A DNA stretch of 64,000 bases from Chloroherpetonaceae bacterium (GCA_025056565.1 JANWWA010000001.1:157966-221965); one strand, 5' to 3'. Shown: positions 28,160 to 38,277, counted from the stretch's first letter. Notes: generated by a model from the letters alone, not told the origin. Numbers and translations: made by a program.

Positions 28160-28918
28160 ATGGCAATACAGACTAATACACCACTTACCACACCGTCAGC
28201 CAAACCCGACAGCAAGAAGCGGGAAATGCTGTTTCACGAAATTCGAGCCGCTTTGCACAATCCTGATGCGCTCGAAGATAACATCTTGCTCAACTATGTG
28301 GCTGCTTTAGAGAAGATGGTCTCTACGCATGAACACGTTCCGATTCTTCACTACTACATTGCGCTTGCCAGCGTGCGCTATGCCTTGCGGTGTATCAAGC
28401 GAGAAGATGAGGTCGGCATGGAACGCTCGTTTGAGACGGGAATGGAACATCTTGGCAAAGCGCTTGCCATGAAAAGCGACTTTGCCGAAGCCCACATCTT
28501 AGAAGCCTACATCTATGCACAGCGCATTGTCAAAGCTGCCACCGAAGCAATGAAGTATGCCCTGAAAATTGCGGAAGCCTTGGGCAAAGCCAAAGTCGTT
28601 GAAGCAAATAATCCTCGCCTGCATTTGGTTGAAGGCATCACTTCGTTTGTCCTACCTGAAACTTTTGGCGGCGGCCTTAGCAAGGCTGTCGAGTCACTTA
28701 GCAAAGCTGAGCAGCTTTTTAAGACCTATCAATTGCAGTCGCCAATGTATCCTGACTGGGGAAGAGAGGAAGTTTATGCTTGGTTAGGCAAGGCTGCTTT
28801 TGAGCAAGAAAATTATGGCTTAGCGCGTCAATACTACCAGCATGCACTTTCCATCAAGCCCGACTACGATTGGGTGAAGAATACGCTAATGGTAGAGCTC
28901 AATCAAAAGCGTGGCTAA
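28160..28918 (+). CDS. hypothetical helical-repeat (TPR-like) protein
   Basis: 252 aa, all-helical in appearance. The C-terminal YGLARQYYQHALSIKPDY resembles a TPR unit. Confidence 0.45.
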   Translation: MAIQTNTPLTTPSAKPDSKKREMLFHEIRAALHNPDALEDNILLNYVAALEKMVSTHEHVPILHYYIALASVRYALRCIKREDEVGMERSFETGMEHLGKALAMKSDFAEAHILEAYIYAQRIVKAATEAMKYALKIAEALGKAKVVEANNPRLHLVEGITSFVLPETFGGGLSKAVESLSKAEQLFKTYQLQSPMYPDWGREEVYAWLGKAAFEQENYGLARQYYQHALSIKPDYDWVKNTLMVELNQKRG

Positions 28919-28988
28919 TTCACGCTTTGCGATTGGGATGCTCTCCTGCAGAGTCGGTTATCTTCATGCTTCCCTTTCAGCCGAAGTG

Positions 28989-29011
28989 TCCCTCTCCGAC
29001 TGGGAGAGGGA
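28989..29011 (+). terminator. possible hairpin terminator
   Basis: TCCCTCTCC gactg GGAGAGGGA forms a 9-bp stem. The T-run (tgttttt) is about 12 nt downstream, so this is a weak terminator. Confidence 0.3.
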
Positions 29012-29133
29012 TGCTGCTTCATGTTTTTGCTAAACCCATAGCCTGACCTTGCAATTTAGCCTGCGCCCTCCAGTGTATTGTGAAAATGCTTGTTATCGTT
29101 ACCTTTCGAGAAATTGCAAAACCGACGCGCATC

Positions 29134-29880
29134 ATGAAACTCACGCCAATTGACATCAAAAAGCAAACTTTCAATAGAGTTTTGCGTGGCTATGACCCCG
29201 AGGAGGTGGAGGCTTTCTTAGGCACCGTTGCCAAGCAGTGGGAAGAAACTTTGGCTGAACAAGATGCGCTGAAACGCAAACTCTATGAGCTTGAGGGTCA
29301 GGTGCAGAAGTTCAAGGAAGTTGAAAGCATTTTACATCAAACACTGGCACAAGCCCAGCAATCTACAGCCAGCGTTGTTGAAAATGCCAAGCGCGAAGCC
29401 GAGTTGATTCGGCAAGAAGCGCAGATGAAAGCTGCGCAAATCCTCGAGCGTGCCAAAAATGAAGCGATTGCCCTTAGCGACGACATCCAACGCCTGAATG
29501 CGCAAAAACACGAGATTGTTCAAAAACTTCGTCTTTTGCTTGCTTCACAGTTAGAGCTTTTGAATTCCTTTGCCGCTGATGAAGATGCTTACATTGTCAA
29601 TCAAATTGCCGCACGCAAGCAGATGCGTCTGCAAGCCCAAGCCAGCACCAGTCAACCTGACTTAGCACCAACAGACGCCCCACCCCGTTCTGAACCTTCT
29701 CCTGCCCCTGCTCCGTCTGTTTCTTCCATGCCTTCTGTTAGCTCTACTGCCGCTGATACTACGTTGGAGCAAACTCAGTCAGAGAAAACCACCCGCTACG
29801 AAGTGCCTGTTGAAACCTATAAAGGCTCTGTAAGCAAGCGACATATCAACATTGATGAAATCCTAAACAGCTTAGAATAA
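29134..29880 (+). CDS. DivIVA domain protein
   Basis: MKLTPIDIKKQTFNRVLRGYDPEEVEAFL is the canonical DivIVA N-terminus. It is followed by a coiled coil and a Ser/Pro-rich tail. The track start at 29080 is GTG. Confidence 0.8.
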   Translation: MKLTPIDIKKQTFNRVLRGYDPEEVEAFLGTVAKQWEETLAEQDALKRKLYELEGQVQKFKEVESILHQTLAQAQQSTASVVENAKREAELIRQEAQMKAAQILERAKNEAIALSDDIQRLNAQKHEIVQKLRLLLASQLELLNSFAADEDAYIVNQIAARKQMRLQAQASTSQPDLAPTDAPPRSEPSPAPAPSVSSMPSVSSTAADTTLEQTQSEKTTRYEVPVETYKGSVSKRHINIDEILNSLE

Positions 29881-29897
29881 CCTAATCTGTTCCAAAT

Positions 29898-31130
29898 ATG
29901 TCAGTGCCGTATCAACCTGCGCGTCGCACGCAGAATTACAAATACGCCATTCGCAACATCGTCTCTGAAGCCAAGAAAATTGAAGCGCAAGGTCGGCGCG
30001 TTACTTATCTCAATATCGGCGACCCCTCGCTTTATGGCTTTCAGCCACCGCAGGAGCTTATTGAGGCAGCTATCAAAGCGATGCGAGATGGGCATAATGG
30101 CTATTCGCCTTCAGTTGGCATTCTGGAAGCCCGCCAAGCTGTTGCCGATGAGGCAGCCCATCGTGGCATTCCCACTTCCCCCGAAGACGTGATTTTCACA
30201 TATGGTGCTTCAGAAGCAGCTGATCTTGTCTTCACAGCGCTTCTTGAGCCCGGTGATGAAGTCTTAGTGCCTGCACCCGGCTATCCGCTTTATACTGCGA
30301 TTGCCACCAAACTGGGCGCAGTTGAAGTAAAGTATCGCCAAAATGCCCAAAACAACTGGCAGCCAGACGCCGATGAACTGCGTTGCAAAGTTACATCTCG
30401 CACAAAGCTACTGGTGATTATCAACCCAAATAATCCGACTGGTGCACTGTACTCTGAAGCTACGCTTCGCGCCATGCTCCAAGTCGCTCGTGAACACAAA
30501 CTGGTTGTAATTGCCGACGAAGTCTATCACAAGCTCATCTTTGAAGGCAAGCATATCCCGATAGGTAGCCTTGCAGACAAAGACTTGCCTGTTATTACAA
30601 TGGAATCGCTCTCAAAAAATTATCTTGCACCGGGCTGGCGACTGGGTTGGATGAGCGTGACGAACTCGCACTTGATTCCCGATTTGATGGCTGCGATTCG
30701 CAAGTTAGCCGATGCTCGGCTTTGTGCCCCTATGCCGCCTCAGCATGTCATCAAAACTGCTTTGCAGTTGCCTGCCTCCTACCTTGAACCTACGCTCACT
30801 CGCCTTCGCCAGCAGCGCGACATTACCTTCGAAGCCCTTAACCGCATTCCGGGCATCAGGTGCAACAAGCCTGAGGGCGCTTTCTACGCCATGGCACAGG
30901 TTGATTTGCAGCAAGGGGAGCTTGGCACAGATGAAGAATTTGTCTTAGGACTGCTACGCGAAAAGGCGGTGCTGTTCGTGCATGGCTCTGGCTTTGGCAC
31001 TCATCCCACAGAAGGGTTTTTCCGAGTCGTGTTTTTGCCTGACGCCGAAACGCTGAAAGATGTGTATGCACGTGTTGCAGACTTTACGCGTGTCTTTCGC
31101 GAGACTCGCTTATCCGCTGTTGCAAAATAA
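29898..31130 (+). CDS. PLP-dependent aminotransferase, class I/II (alanine aminotransferase-like)
   Basis: NIGDP...NGYSPSVG, INPNNPTG, and SLSKNYLAPGWRLGW (PLP-lysine region). Confidence 0.85.
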   Translation: MSVPYQPARRTQNYKYAIRNIVSEAKKIEAQGRRVTYLNIGDPSLYGFQPPQELIEAAIKAMRDGHNGYSPSVGILEARQAVADEAAHRGIPTSPEDVIFTYGASEAADLVFTALLEPGDEVLVPAPGYPLYTAIATKLGAVEVKYRQNAQNNWQPDADELRCKVTSRTKLLVIINPNNPTGALYSEATLRAMLQVAREHKLVVIADEVYHKLIFEGKHIPIGSLADKDLPVITMESLSKNYLAPGWRLGWMSVTNSHLIPDLMAAIRKLADARLCAPMPPQHVIKTALQLPASYLEPTLTRLRQQRDITFEALNRIPGIRCNKPEGAFYAMAQVDLQQGELGTDEEFVLGLLREKAVLFVHGSGFGTHPTEGFFRVVFLPDAETLKDVYARVADFTRVFRETRLSAVAK

Positions 31131-31160
31131 CCTTGCATACTCTGAACCCAATCATCAGCT

Positions 31161-31982
31161 ATGACAGAATTGCGCCAAAAAATCAATGAAGCCAGCAACT
31201 TCATCCGCCAGCACACCCGTGACACTTACCCGATTGGCATTGTGCTCGGCACAGGTCTTGGCGGACTTGCCAGAGAAATCAATCAAACACTTTGCTTGGA
31301 TTATGACAAAATTCCCCACTTCCCGCTCTCAACTGTAGAGTCGCATCACGGACGACTTATTTTCGGCACGCTGAGTGGCAAAAATGTCGTCGCAATGCAG
31401 GGGCGCTTTCACTACTACGAAGGCTACTCCATGCAAGAAATTACTTTCCCCATTCGCGTCATGAAGACGCTGGGCGTCCAAACGCTTTGCATCTCCAATG
31501 CGTGTGGCGGCCTGAACCCGCTCTATCGCAAAGGCGACATTATGATTATTGACGACCACATCAACTTGATTGGCGATAACCCCCTTATTGGGAAAAATGA
31601 TGATGAGCTCGGCCCCCGCTTTCCCGATATGAGCGAGCCTTACTCCCGACGGCTTATTGCGCTGGCTGAAGAAGCTGCTCTGGAGCTTAAAATTAAGGTG
31701 CATCGTGGCGTCTATGTAGCGCTCTCAGGGCCGAGCTTAGAGACTCGTGCTGAATATCGTATGCTCCGCTTGCTCCAAGCCGATGTGGTCGGCATGTCTA
31801 CCGTGCCAGAAGTCATCGTTGCCAATCATCAAGGCACAGAGGTCTTAGGCATCTCCATCATCACTGACGAATGCTTTCCAGAGAGCCTAAAACCTGTTGA
31901 TGTCAAAGAAATTATTGCTGCGGCTAATGAAGCTGAGCCTAAGATGACTGCAATATTTAAGCGCGTGATTGAAAAGTTGTAG
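31161..31982 (+). CDS. purine nucleoside phosphorylase (trimeric PNP family)
   Basis: GIVLGTGLG, HHGRLIFG, QGRFHYYEG, GPRFPDMS and GMSTVPEV blocks. Confidence 0.85.
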   Translation: MTELRQKINEASNFIRQHTRDTYPIGIVLGTGLGGLAREINQTLCLDYDKIPHFPLSTVESHHGRLIFGTLSGKNVVAMQGRFHYYEGYSMQEITFPIRVMKTLGVQTLCISNACGGLNPLYRKGDIMIIDDHINLIGDNPLIGKNDDELGPRFPDMSEPYSRRLIALAEEAALELKIKVHRGVYVALSGPSLETRAEYRMLRLLQADVVGMSTVPEVIVANHQGTEVLGISIITDECFPESLKPVDVKEIIAAANEAEPKMTAIFKRVIEKL

Positions 31983-32060
31983 GGCAAATGGCGTTACGCC
32001 CTTCCCTCGAAAGGGAGAAGGAAACGATTTGTCAGAATCGGCGGCAGAGTCTGCGCACCC

Positions 32061-33335
32061 CTAAGTGCGCAATTTGTCGGGCTGCACCTTTGCCAGCAGT
32101 GCCGCACGATGCGCAGGATAGAGGCTTGCTAAAAAGACAATCACTAGCGTTGCTGCCACCACGGCTACAAAATCCGTTGCAATCATTGAAACAGGGTAGG
32201 CACGAATAATGAACGATTCAGCCGACGGCAGCGGCACCAGCTCGAACTTTTTTTGCGCAAAGCAGACAAGAAAGCCGAACAGTGTGCCACTCACTGTGCC
32301 TATTACGCCAATTAGCAATCCCTCAAAGATGAAGAGATGTCGCAAGCTCTGAGGTGCTAATCCCATACAGGCAAGAAAGTATAGGTCGCGCCGCTTCTCA
32401 ATAGCTGTCATTGTCAATGAGCCAATCAAACTGGTTGCGGCGACCACTACGATTAGGAGCAGAATGATAAAGCTGCCCCACTTTTCTAACTTCATTACGC
32501 GGAAGAGCTCGAGAAATCTGTCGGATAGGCTCTCGGCGGCAAATTGCTCCGATAGTCCCTGTTGTCTTAGCCAGCTTTCAAGACGCGCTTTTAGTGCTTC
32601 ATCAGACACCCCTGACTTTGCACGCAGTTCAATTCCTGTTACAACCTCTGGCGTATATCCAAACACCGATTGTGCAGTACGCCGTGCGGTGAGTGCATAC
32701 ACATCGTCGTAGAGCCGATGCGCTGAAAAAAAGTTGCCAACTCGCAGCACAGGGAGTGTTATCGCAGAGCGAAGCAAAGGATTTTGCAAGGCTGCCAGTC
32801 CCTCATCAATTTGCTTGGTAGACAGCACGCGCACATCGGTGTTATACATTGCCGAAAAACGATACGCCAGCGGCAAGCCTAAAATGATGTGGTTCTCTTC
32901 CAGAAAGCGGCGGTGTTCATCTAAGTAGGGAGCAAGTTCCTGATATGCCTCTGGCTCAATGCCTTTGAGCATCACTACCCCGCTTTGCTTTGGCGTAATG
33001 AGCAAAACTTTTCCTTCTACGAATGGTCGCGCCGATGCCACGCCTTCAATCTGGCGCAGTTGCAGCAGCAGTGAGTCTGACATTGTCATCGTTGCACCTT
33101 GCTTTGGAATCAGCCGCACTTCAGTATCAATTGCTAAGAAAAGATTGTATGCAAGGTCACGAAACCCATTCATCACGGAGAGAACAATTACGATGGTGGC
33201 GGTGCCTACAATCACCCCCAAGATGCTCAGCGCAGTGATGATGTTGATCATGCGCACCTTCTTTGCTGCAAAGATAAATCGGCGCGCAACCAGCAGAGCG
33301 GTCTTCAATTGCGCTGCTCGGGAGAGCGTGCTCAT
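32061..33335 (-). CDS. LolC/LolE-type (FtsX/MacB-like) ABC transporter permease
   Basis: ARRFIFA N-terminus, a large periplasmic domain between TM1 and TM2, and a C-terminal FtsX block (IEKRRDLYFLACMGL...). ATG overlaps the upstream stop (ATGA at 33332-33335). Confidence 0.8.
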   Translation of the reverse strand: MSTLSRAAQLKTALLVARRFIFAAKKVRMINIITALSILGVIVGTATIVIVLSVMNGFRDLAYNLFLAIDTEVRLIPKQGATMTMSDSLLLQLRQIEGVASARPFVEGKVLLITPKQSGVVMLKGIEPEAYQELAPYLDEHRRFLEENHIILGLPLAYRFSAMYNTDVRVLSTKQIDEGLAALQNPLLRSAITLPVLRVGNFFSAHRLYDDVYALTARRTAQSVFGYTPEVVTGIELRAKSGVSDEALKARLESWLRQQGLSEQFAAESLSDRFLELFRVMKLEKWGSFIILLLIVVVAATSLIGSLTMTAIEKRRDLYFLACMGLAPQSLRHLFIFEGLLIGVIGTVSGTLFGFLVCFAQKKFELVPLPSAESFIIRAYPVSMIATDFVAVVAATLVIVFLASLYPAHRAALLAKVQPDKLRT

Positions 33336-34600
33336 AGTCGTATGGCATCTATTGGCTTCAAGCGGCTTGCACTTTGCGCTGGAATCAGTGAGGCAAGCAG
33401 TGCAATTGCTAGTGCTGTAATAGACACAACTCCGTAGTGCAGTGGTTCAATGAAAATCGGTGTTTCCGAAATGTAGTAGGTCTCTGCTGGCAAGGGAATC
33501 AGATGAAAGTGCTTCTCGAGCAGTGAAAGACACAGCGCCAAGGCATTCCCCGCTGCAATGCCCACCAGCGCAATGAAAAAGGCTTGTGAGACAAAGATGC
33601 GCCGAATGTGTTTTGGGCTTGCTCCAAATGACATTAGCACGCCAATCTCTGCGCTTTTTTCCAGCACGATAATGAGCAGCGTGGAGACAACGTTAAACGC
33701 AGCCACGATGGTCACCATCACCAAAAGCAGTGGCACTACATTCTTTTGCAGGCTTAGCCACGCATAAATAGCCGAGTGCAATTGATATATTGTGCGCGCC
33801 ATCAGTGGCGGACGCAAGATTTGATTTAGCTCATTCCCTGTTTGGCGCACCTGCTCAAACTCTACGGTGCGCACTTCGTAGCCAGAAATTCTCTTTGGTG
33901 CGCCCACGAAGCGTTGCAAAGCAGGGAGCGTTGTAAACACCACTGCTTCATCAAAGCCCTGTGCAAGACCTGTCTCATAAATTCCCACAACGACTGCATT
34001 GTCCAGCCGAAGTTGCTCCAAGAGGGCTTCTGGACTTTGGGGCAGCACCGTGCTCGCATCCAGTGCAGTAGCTGATGCAATCACAAGCGCTTCTGACTGA
34101 GGTGATAGCGCTAATCGCTGCGCCAGCTTTTTACCGATAAGAATCGGTAGCCCTGAGCGATATGCCGAGTCGGAGAGGAATGCACCTGCCACGACTTTTT
34201 CGCAAATGCGGCTTACGTCTTCTGTTGGCACAATACCCTTCAGCAGTGCAGGTTCCAGCAAGGGGTCGCCATTCGGTGCCCGTGATTTGAGAATGACGCT
34301 GCGCTGCAAAAATGGTGAAACCGCTGCAACATTAGGCACCTTTGAAATCTCAGATAGCACTACCGTATCAAGCGGCATTTCTTTCAGCGATGCGTGTGAA
34401 ACCTGAATATGTGCCCCAAACAGGGCAATTTTGGATTCAATAACACGGCTAAAGCCATAGACAATTGTAAGCGTGAGAATGAGTGCTGCAGTGCCTAAGG
34501 CTAAGCCTATCACAGCAATCAGTGTAATAAACGATGGGCGAGTTTGCCGCACTCTACTTGGGAAAGCAAATCGCCGAGCTACTTCCAGTTCAAACTTCAC
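33332..34600 (-). CDS. LolC/LolE-type (FtsX/MacB-like) ABC transporter permease, paralog
   Basis: VARRFAFPSR N-terminus and the same architecture as its neighbour (LEKSAEIGVLMSFGAS...). GTG start 5 nt after the stop of the GGDEF gene. Confidence 0.8.
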   Translation of the reverse strand: MKFELEVARRFAFPSRVRQTRPSFITLIAVIGLALGTAALILTLTIVYGFSRVIESKIALFGAHIQVSHASLKEMPLDTVVLSEISKVPNVAAVSPFLQRSVILKSRAPNGDPLLEPALLKGIVPTEDVSRICEKVVAGAFLSDSAYRSGLPILIGKKLAQRLALSPQSEALVIASATALDASTVLPQSPEALLEQLRLDNAVVVGIYETGLAQGFDEAVVFTTLPALQRFVGAPKRISGYEVRTVEFEQVRQTGNELNQILRPPLMARTIYQLHSAIYAWLSLQKNVVPLLLVMVTIVAAFNVVSTLLIIVLEKSAEIGVLMSFGASPKHIRRIFVSQAFFIALVGIAAGNALALCLSLLEKHFHLIPLPAETYYISETPIFIEPLHYGVVSITALAIALLASLIPAQSASRLKPIDAIRL

Positions 34601-34605
34601 GGCAC

Positions 34606-35925
34606 TTATTCTGCTTTGCTGAGTTGCAGGTCGGCGTAGTGTAGGGAACGATTGCGTCCGCGTGCTTTGGCTTCGTAGAGCGCAATATCGGCAACGCTCA
34701 CAAGTTCTTCCTCCGTATTTGCATCAGTCGGGAAAGTCGCAATTCCTAAGCTGGCAGTCAGATTACCACCGGGCTGTTTTTCTTGATTGATGAAGACTTC
34801 ATCTTCAATTGCTTTGCGAATGCGTTCTGCCACGAATTTTGCCTCTTCCTTGTCGGTGCGTGGTAGCAGCACGGCAAACTCTTCTCCGCCGAAGCGTGCG
34901 GGCACGTCGGTTTCTCGACATTCTTGGCGAATGAGTCGTGCAACTTTTTTTAGCACCTCATCGCCCAGAAGATGTCCGTTTGTGTCGTTGTAGTGTTTGA
35001 ACTTATCCACATCGACCATGATAAGTGAAAACGGCTCACCGAAGCGACGCGACCGTACCACCTCTTGATGCAGTTGCGACTTGAAGTATCGAAAGTTGTA
35101 CAGCTGCGTTTTCTCGTCCGTGATAATGAGGCGATTCAGCTCTTCGTTCTTTTCGTTGATTGCTTTGCCGAACTCCGTAATTTTTCGCACCAGCAATGTG
35201 ATTTCATCGTTAATTGGTCGCGACTGGCAGAACTGCCGCATATCGGCAATCATTTGGTTGATTGCGCTGTTATCATCTACGCTCACGCTCCCTAAGCGGT
35301 CACGAATGTCCCGAATAGGCACGACCGTTGAGCGGTAGATTGCAAACGTAACCAGCGCCAAAAGAGGCACAAAAATCGCGGCCATTCCAAAGGCAAGGTA
35401 AGCCAGCGTAGAAAGCTCTTCGCGCAGCTTATTTGATGCGCCGACCAAGTCATCTTGATTTTTCTCCAAAAGCGCATTGATTTCGCGTAGGATTCTATCT
35501 ACGCTTTGCTGCTGCTGCAATGCCAGTTGCCGAACTGCATTTTGGGACTTTGAAATTTCTGCTACTTCTGCGAAATACTGCTCCGAAAGCGTCTTGACTT
35601 GATAGAGATGGAAATAAGATAGCGAACTTGTATCTGCCTTTTTTAGTAGCCCCTTCAGGTCGCGTGTAATGCTCTCTTCCAGCGGTTTCATTTTGGAGAA
35701 AAGTGACCTGTCACCTGTTGCCACAAATTTCCACAGTCCTGAGTCATAAATCAGAAGGCGTGTTTTGACTTCCTTGAGTGTGATAAAGTCGTTGCTTTGC
35801 TCAGTTATATAACGCTTAAAATCACGCTCAAACTGGTTTAGCATCCAGAGTGAAACGATTGGATAGCTACCAGAGACTATGAGCACAAAGAGCGACAGAA
35901 AAATAATCTTGCCACGTAATGTCAT
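34606..35925 (-). CDS. membrane sensor diguanylate cyclase (TM / periplasmic helical domain / TM / HAMP-like / GGDEF)
   Basis: Two TMs flank about 150 aa of helical sequence. The GGDEF domain has a GGEEF active site, and an RETD motif lies 5 residues upstream (RxxD I-site). Confidence 0.85.
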   Translation of the reverse strand: MTLRGKIIFLSLFVLIVSGSYPIVSLWMLNQFERDFKRYITEQSNDFITLKEVKTRLLIYDSGLWKFVATGDRSLFSKMKPLEESITRDLKGLLKKADTSSLSYFHLYQVKTLSEQYFAEVAEISKSQNAVRQLALQQQQSVDRILREINALLEKNQDDLVGASNKLREELSTLAYLAFGMAAIFVPLLALVTFAIYRSTVVPIRDIRDRLGSVSVDDNSAINQMIADMRQFCQSRPINDEITLLVRKITEFGKAINEKNEELNRLIITDEKTQLYNFRYFKSQLHQEVVRSRRFGEPFSLIMVDVDKFKHYNDTNGHLLGDEVLKKVARLIRQECRETDVPARFGGEEFAVLLPRTDKEEAKFVAERIRKAIEDEVFINQEKQPGGNLTASLGIATFPTDANTEEELVSVADIALYEAKARGRNRSLHYADLQLSKAE

Positions 35926-35993
35926 AACCCATCACTGTCGTCAGCCTGCAACATACGAATTTCGAAAATAAGGTGTGCAGGCTTGAGCGTCAA

Positions 35994-36917
35994 TCAATCT
36001 TCTTTGAAGTTCACGATTCGGATAGGCACTTTGTAAGGGGCATAGCCGTGTCGGACGAAAATTTGCTGTCCTTCACGCAAAAGAAAGGAGGTAAATCCGA
36101 TTGGCAATTTTTCTCCGCGCAGGTGAGCCACATAGACAAAATGCGCAAATGGATACTTGCCTTCATAAACATTGGCTTGGAAAGGCATAACTGCTTCTGC
36201 ATTTGCAGAATCAGCCGCCAGTGCCAGCACCTTAAAGGCTGTGGTATCCATCTGCTTTACATTCAGGGCGGGGCGGGCGTGTGCAGTGCCCGTGTAAGCC
36301 AAAAAGTGCTTTGTGCGCTGCATATAGGTTTTCATCTGTGCAAATGAGGTGCAGGGGTAGGCTAACTTGGAAAATTCCAGCGATTTGAGCAAAGAATCTT
36401 GCAGCAGGTCTCGCATTCCATCGTTAGGCGAAGTAATCAGTAATTGAATAGGGGCATTTGCACCACCCACTTGCGACCAGTTTGTAACCGCGCCTGAAAG
36501 AATGTCGCGCAGTTGGCTGAGCTTCAACTGGCGCACAGGGTTTTCAGGGTGCACCAAAAAACATACGCCATCGACGCCCACAGGTCTTTTTTCCAGCTGG
36601 ATGTCGAGCTTTTTGAACGCCTCTACTTCATCAGGTTTCAAATCTCGGTTGATGACGATGAGGCGCACTTTGCGGTCCAGTAGGCGCTGCACTGCCGCCC
36701 GTGTTTGCAGTGTCTCTGCAATGAGCGTTGCGCTTTGCCAGATGCGTGTAAATTCTTGCCGCTGTGGCTCCATCGCAGGCGCCAAGGATTCGTCAATCGC
36801 ATAGCGCAGTGTGCCCTCAGTGGTGGTTTCATTTCTATCCTCGCTCGAGCCTGAGCAGCCTTGCACAAAGAGCCAAGCCAGCAAGCCTACAAGCAAAATA
36901 TGAAGCAATCGCTGCAT
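35994..36917 (-). CDS. PstS-family (PBP-like) substrate-binding lipoprotein
   Basis: Lipobox LFVQGC. Block VDGVCFLVHPENPVRQLKLSQLRDILSGAVTNWSQVGG is typical of phosphate-binding-protein-like domains. Confidence 0.7.
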   Translation of the reverse strand: MQRLLHILLVGLLAWLFVQGCSGSSEDRNETTTEGTLRYAIDESLAPAMEPQRQEFTRIWQSATLIAETLQTRAAVQRLLDRKVRLIVINRDLKPDEVEAFKKLDIQLEKRPVGVDGVCFLVHPENPVRQLKLSQLRDILSGAVTNWSQVGGANAPIQLLITSPNDGMRDLLQDSLLKSLEFSKLAYPCTSFAQMKTYMQRTKHFLAYTGTAHARPALNVKQMDTTAFKVLALAADSANAEAVMPFQANVYEGKYPFAHFVYVAHLRGEKLPIGFTSFLLREGQQIFVRHGYAPYKVPIRIVNFKED

Positions 36918-36937
36918 CGAAAATGGCGACTAAAATG

Positions 36938-38092
36938 CTACTGACGGATAACTATCTTCTGCGTAAAGGGCACCAGTCCATTTTTGAAGAAAACTTCTTG
37001 CCCTTCGCCCGGTGTACCGAAGTATAAAAATCCCGAGAATCCCGCAGGTAAGCGACCAACTGTGCGTTGAAAGTATTGAATGGCATAGCTTGCGGGGTAT
37101 TCACCGTTTGCCACATAGCCTTGCAGAGGCAGAACAGGTGAGGCTTCAAAGCCTGCCCCCTTCACTGCCACCACTTTGAACCGTGTAGTATCCTTTATAT
37201 CCACTACGAACTTACCACCTTGTTCCTTTACACCAATCACATCTTTTACATCATACATTGACACATAACCGATTGCGCCGGGTGTGCGGCTTAGCGTCGC
37301 CAGCAATTCCTCTTTAGACTTGCAGACTACAGCGCTATCCGAGAACTTCTCGCCTGCCAAGAGCGAATCCCGCAGATAGTCGCTCCGCCCATCATTGGTG
37401 AGCAGCGGTGTAACAGGCAGCGGTTTACGATTTTTATCGATGTCTGACCAATCCTTCACTTTGCCCGTGAAAAGATACTTGACTTGCTGAAAGCCTAACT
37501 CGGTGGTTGGATTTTGCGGGTGCACGATGAAACAAAATGCGTCCAGTGCGGCCTTGCGACGCTGCACACTGACATCATTAGCCCGAAACGCCGCACTTTC
37601 TTGACTGGAGCTATCGCGTATGGTGATTGCAAAGCGCAAACGTTTGTTTGCAATCTCAGACAGTGCTTCACTAGCCGACATTGGCTCGAGCATAATTTTT
37701 GCTTCTGGGCGCTTTTCATTAAACGCTTTTACCAGAATTTCAGCAAGGGGCATTAGAGCTGGCTCGACGCCAACCAACATTTCACCCTTCTGAGGGGTTT
37801 CATCTGGCTGATTGGCTTCATAGAGCGCTTGCACGGCTCGGCGGTAAATTTTGTCATCTGAGAGTTTTAGGAGCATCTCCTTTTCTGCCGCTGTGATATG
37901 GTCTTTCACAATTAGGCTTTGCTTAGCGGCATCGTAGCGCACTTTCTCCTGCAATTCCTTTGGGATTTCCACGCCACTGGGTAATGCAGCGAGCTTTACA
38001 TCGTATTCAGGCTTTGCGCAGGCAGAAAAAACCGTGGCAAGCACGACGCACAGCGCTGCTTTATGTTGAGCGAAGAAAAGCTGGCGAAGCAT
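36938..38092 (-). CDS. PstS-family (PBP-like) substrate-binding lipoprotein, longer paralog
   Basis: Lipobox TVFSAC after MLRQLFFAQHKAALCVVLA. Block LDAFCFIVHPQNPTTELGFQQVKYLFTGKVKDWSDI. I prefer the ATG at 38092 over the track start at 38248. Confidence 0.7.
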   Translation of the reverse strand: MLRQLFFAQHKAALCVVLATVFSACAKPEYDVKLAALPSGVEIPKELQEKVRYDAAKQSLIVKDHITAAEKEMLLKLSDDKIYRRAVQALYEANQPDETPQKGEMLVGVEPALMPLAEILVKAFNEKRPEAKIMLEPMSASEALSEIANKRLRFAITIRDSSSQESAAFRANDVSVQRRKAALDAFCFIVHPQNPTTELGFQQVKYLFTGKVKDWSDIDKNRKPLPVTPLLTNDGRSDYLRDSLLAGEKFSDSAVVCKSKEELLATLSRTPGAIGYVSMYDVKDVIGVKEQGGKFVVDIKDTTRFKVVAVKGAGFEASPVLPLQGYVANGEYPASYAIQYFQRTVGRLPAGFSGFLYFGTPGEGQEVFFKNGLVPFTQKIVIRQ

Positions 38093-38248
38093 ACTGCAAA
38101 GCTGGTTATGACAGTTTTTTGACAGTGCCGCACATATGTCTCTTAGGCAAAAGTAAAGTAGATTGGGCAAAGAAAAAAGGTCAGGCATTATGGCTATATA
38201 GATGGGGTTTAGTGCGTTTTGGAGATGTGTTACCACCCGCTTCAACAA

Positions 38249-38277
38249 GAGGCGAGCGAACGCTCGCCTCTTTTTTT
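38249..38277. terminator. strong GC hairpin, bidirectional terminator shape
   Basis: GAGGCGAGCG aa CGCTCGCCTC (38249-38270) is followed by TTTTTTT on the plus strand and preceded by AA. It lies 15 nt past the stop of the minus-strand ferritin-like gene. Confidence 0.55.

Noticed and set aside
29640-29770. Ser/Pro/Ala-rich repeat (PAPAPSVSSMPSVSSTAADTT) at the DivIVA C-terminus, and the acidic tract ELEQEMEEEMDESEQELEE in the M48 protease (about 21590-21650)
   Set aside because: These are ordinary low-complexity linker or tail sequences within intact ORFs. They are not nucleotide-level tandem repeats of note.
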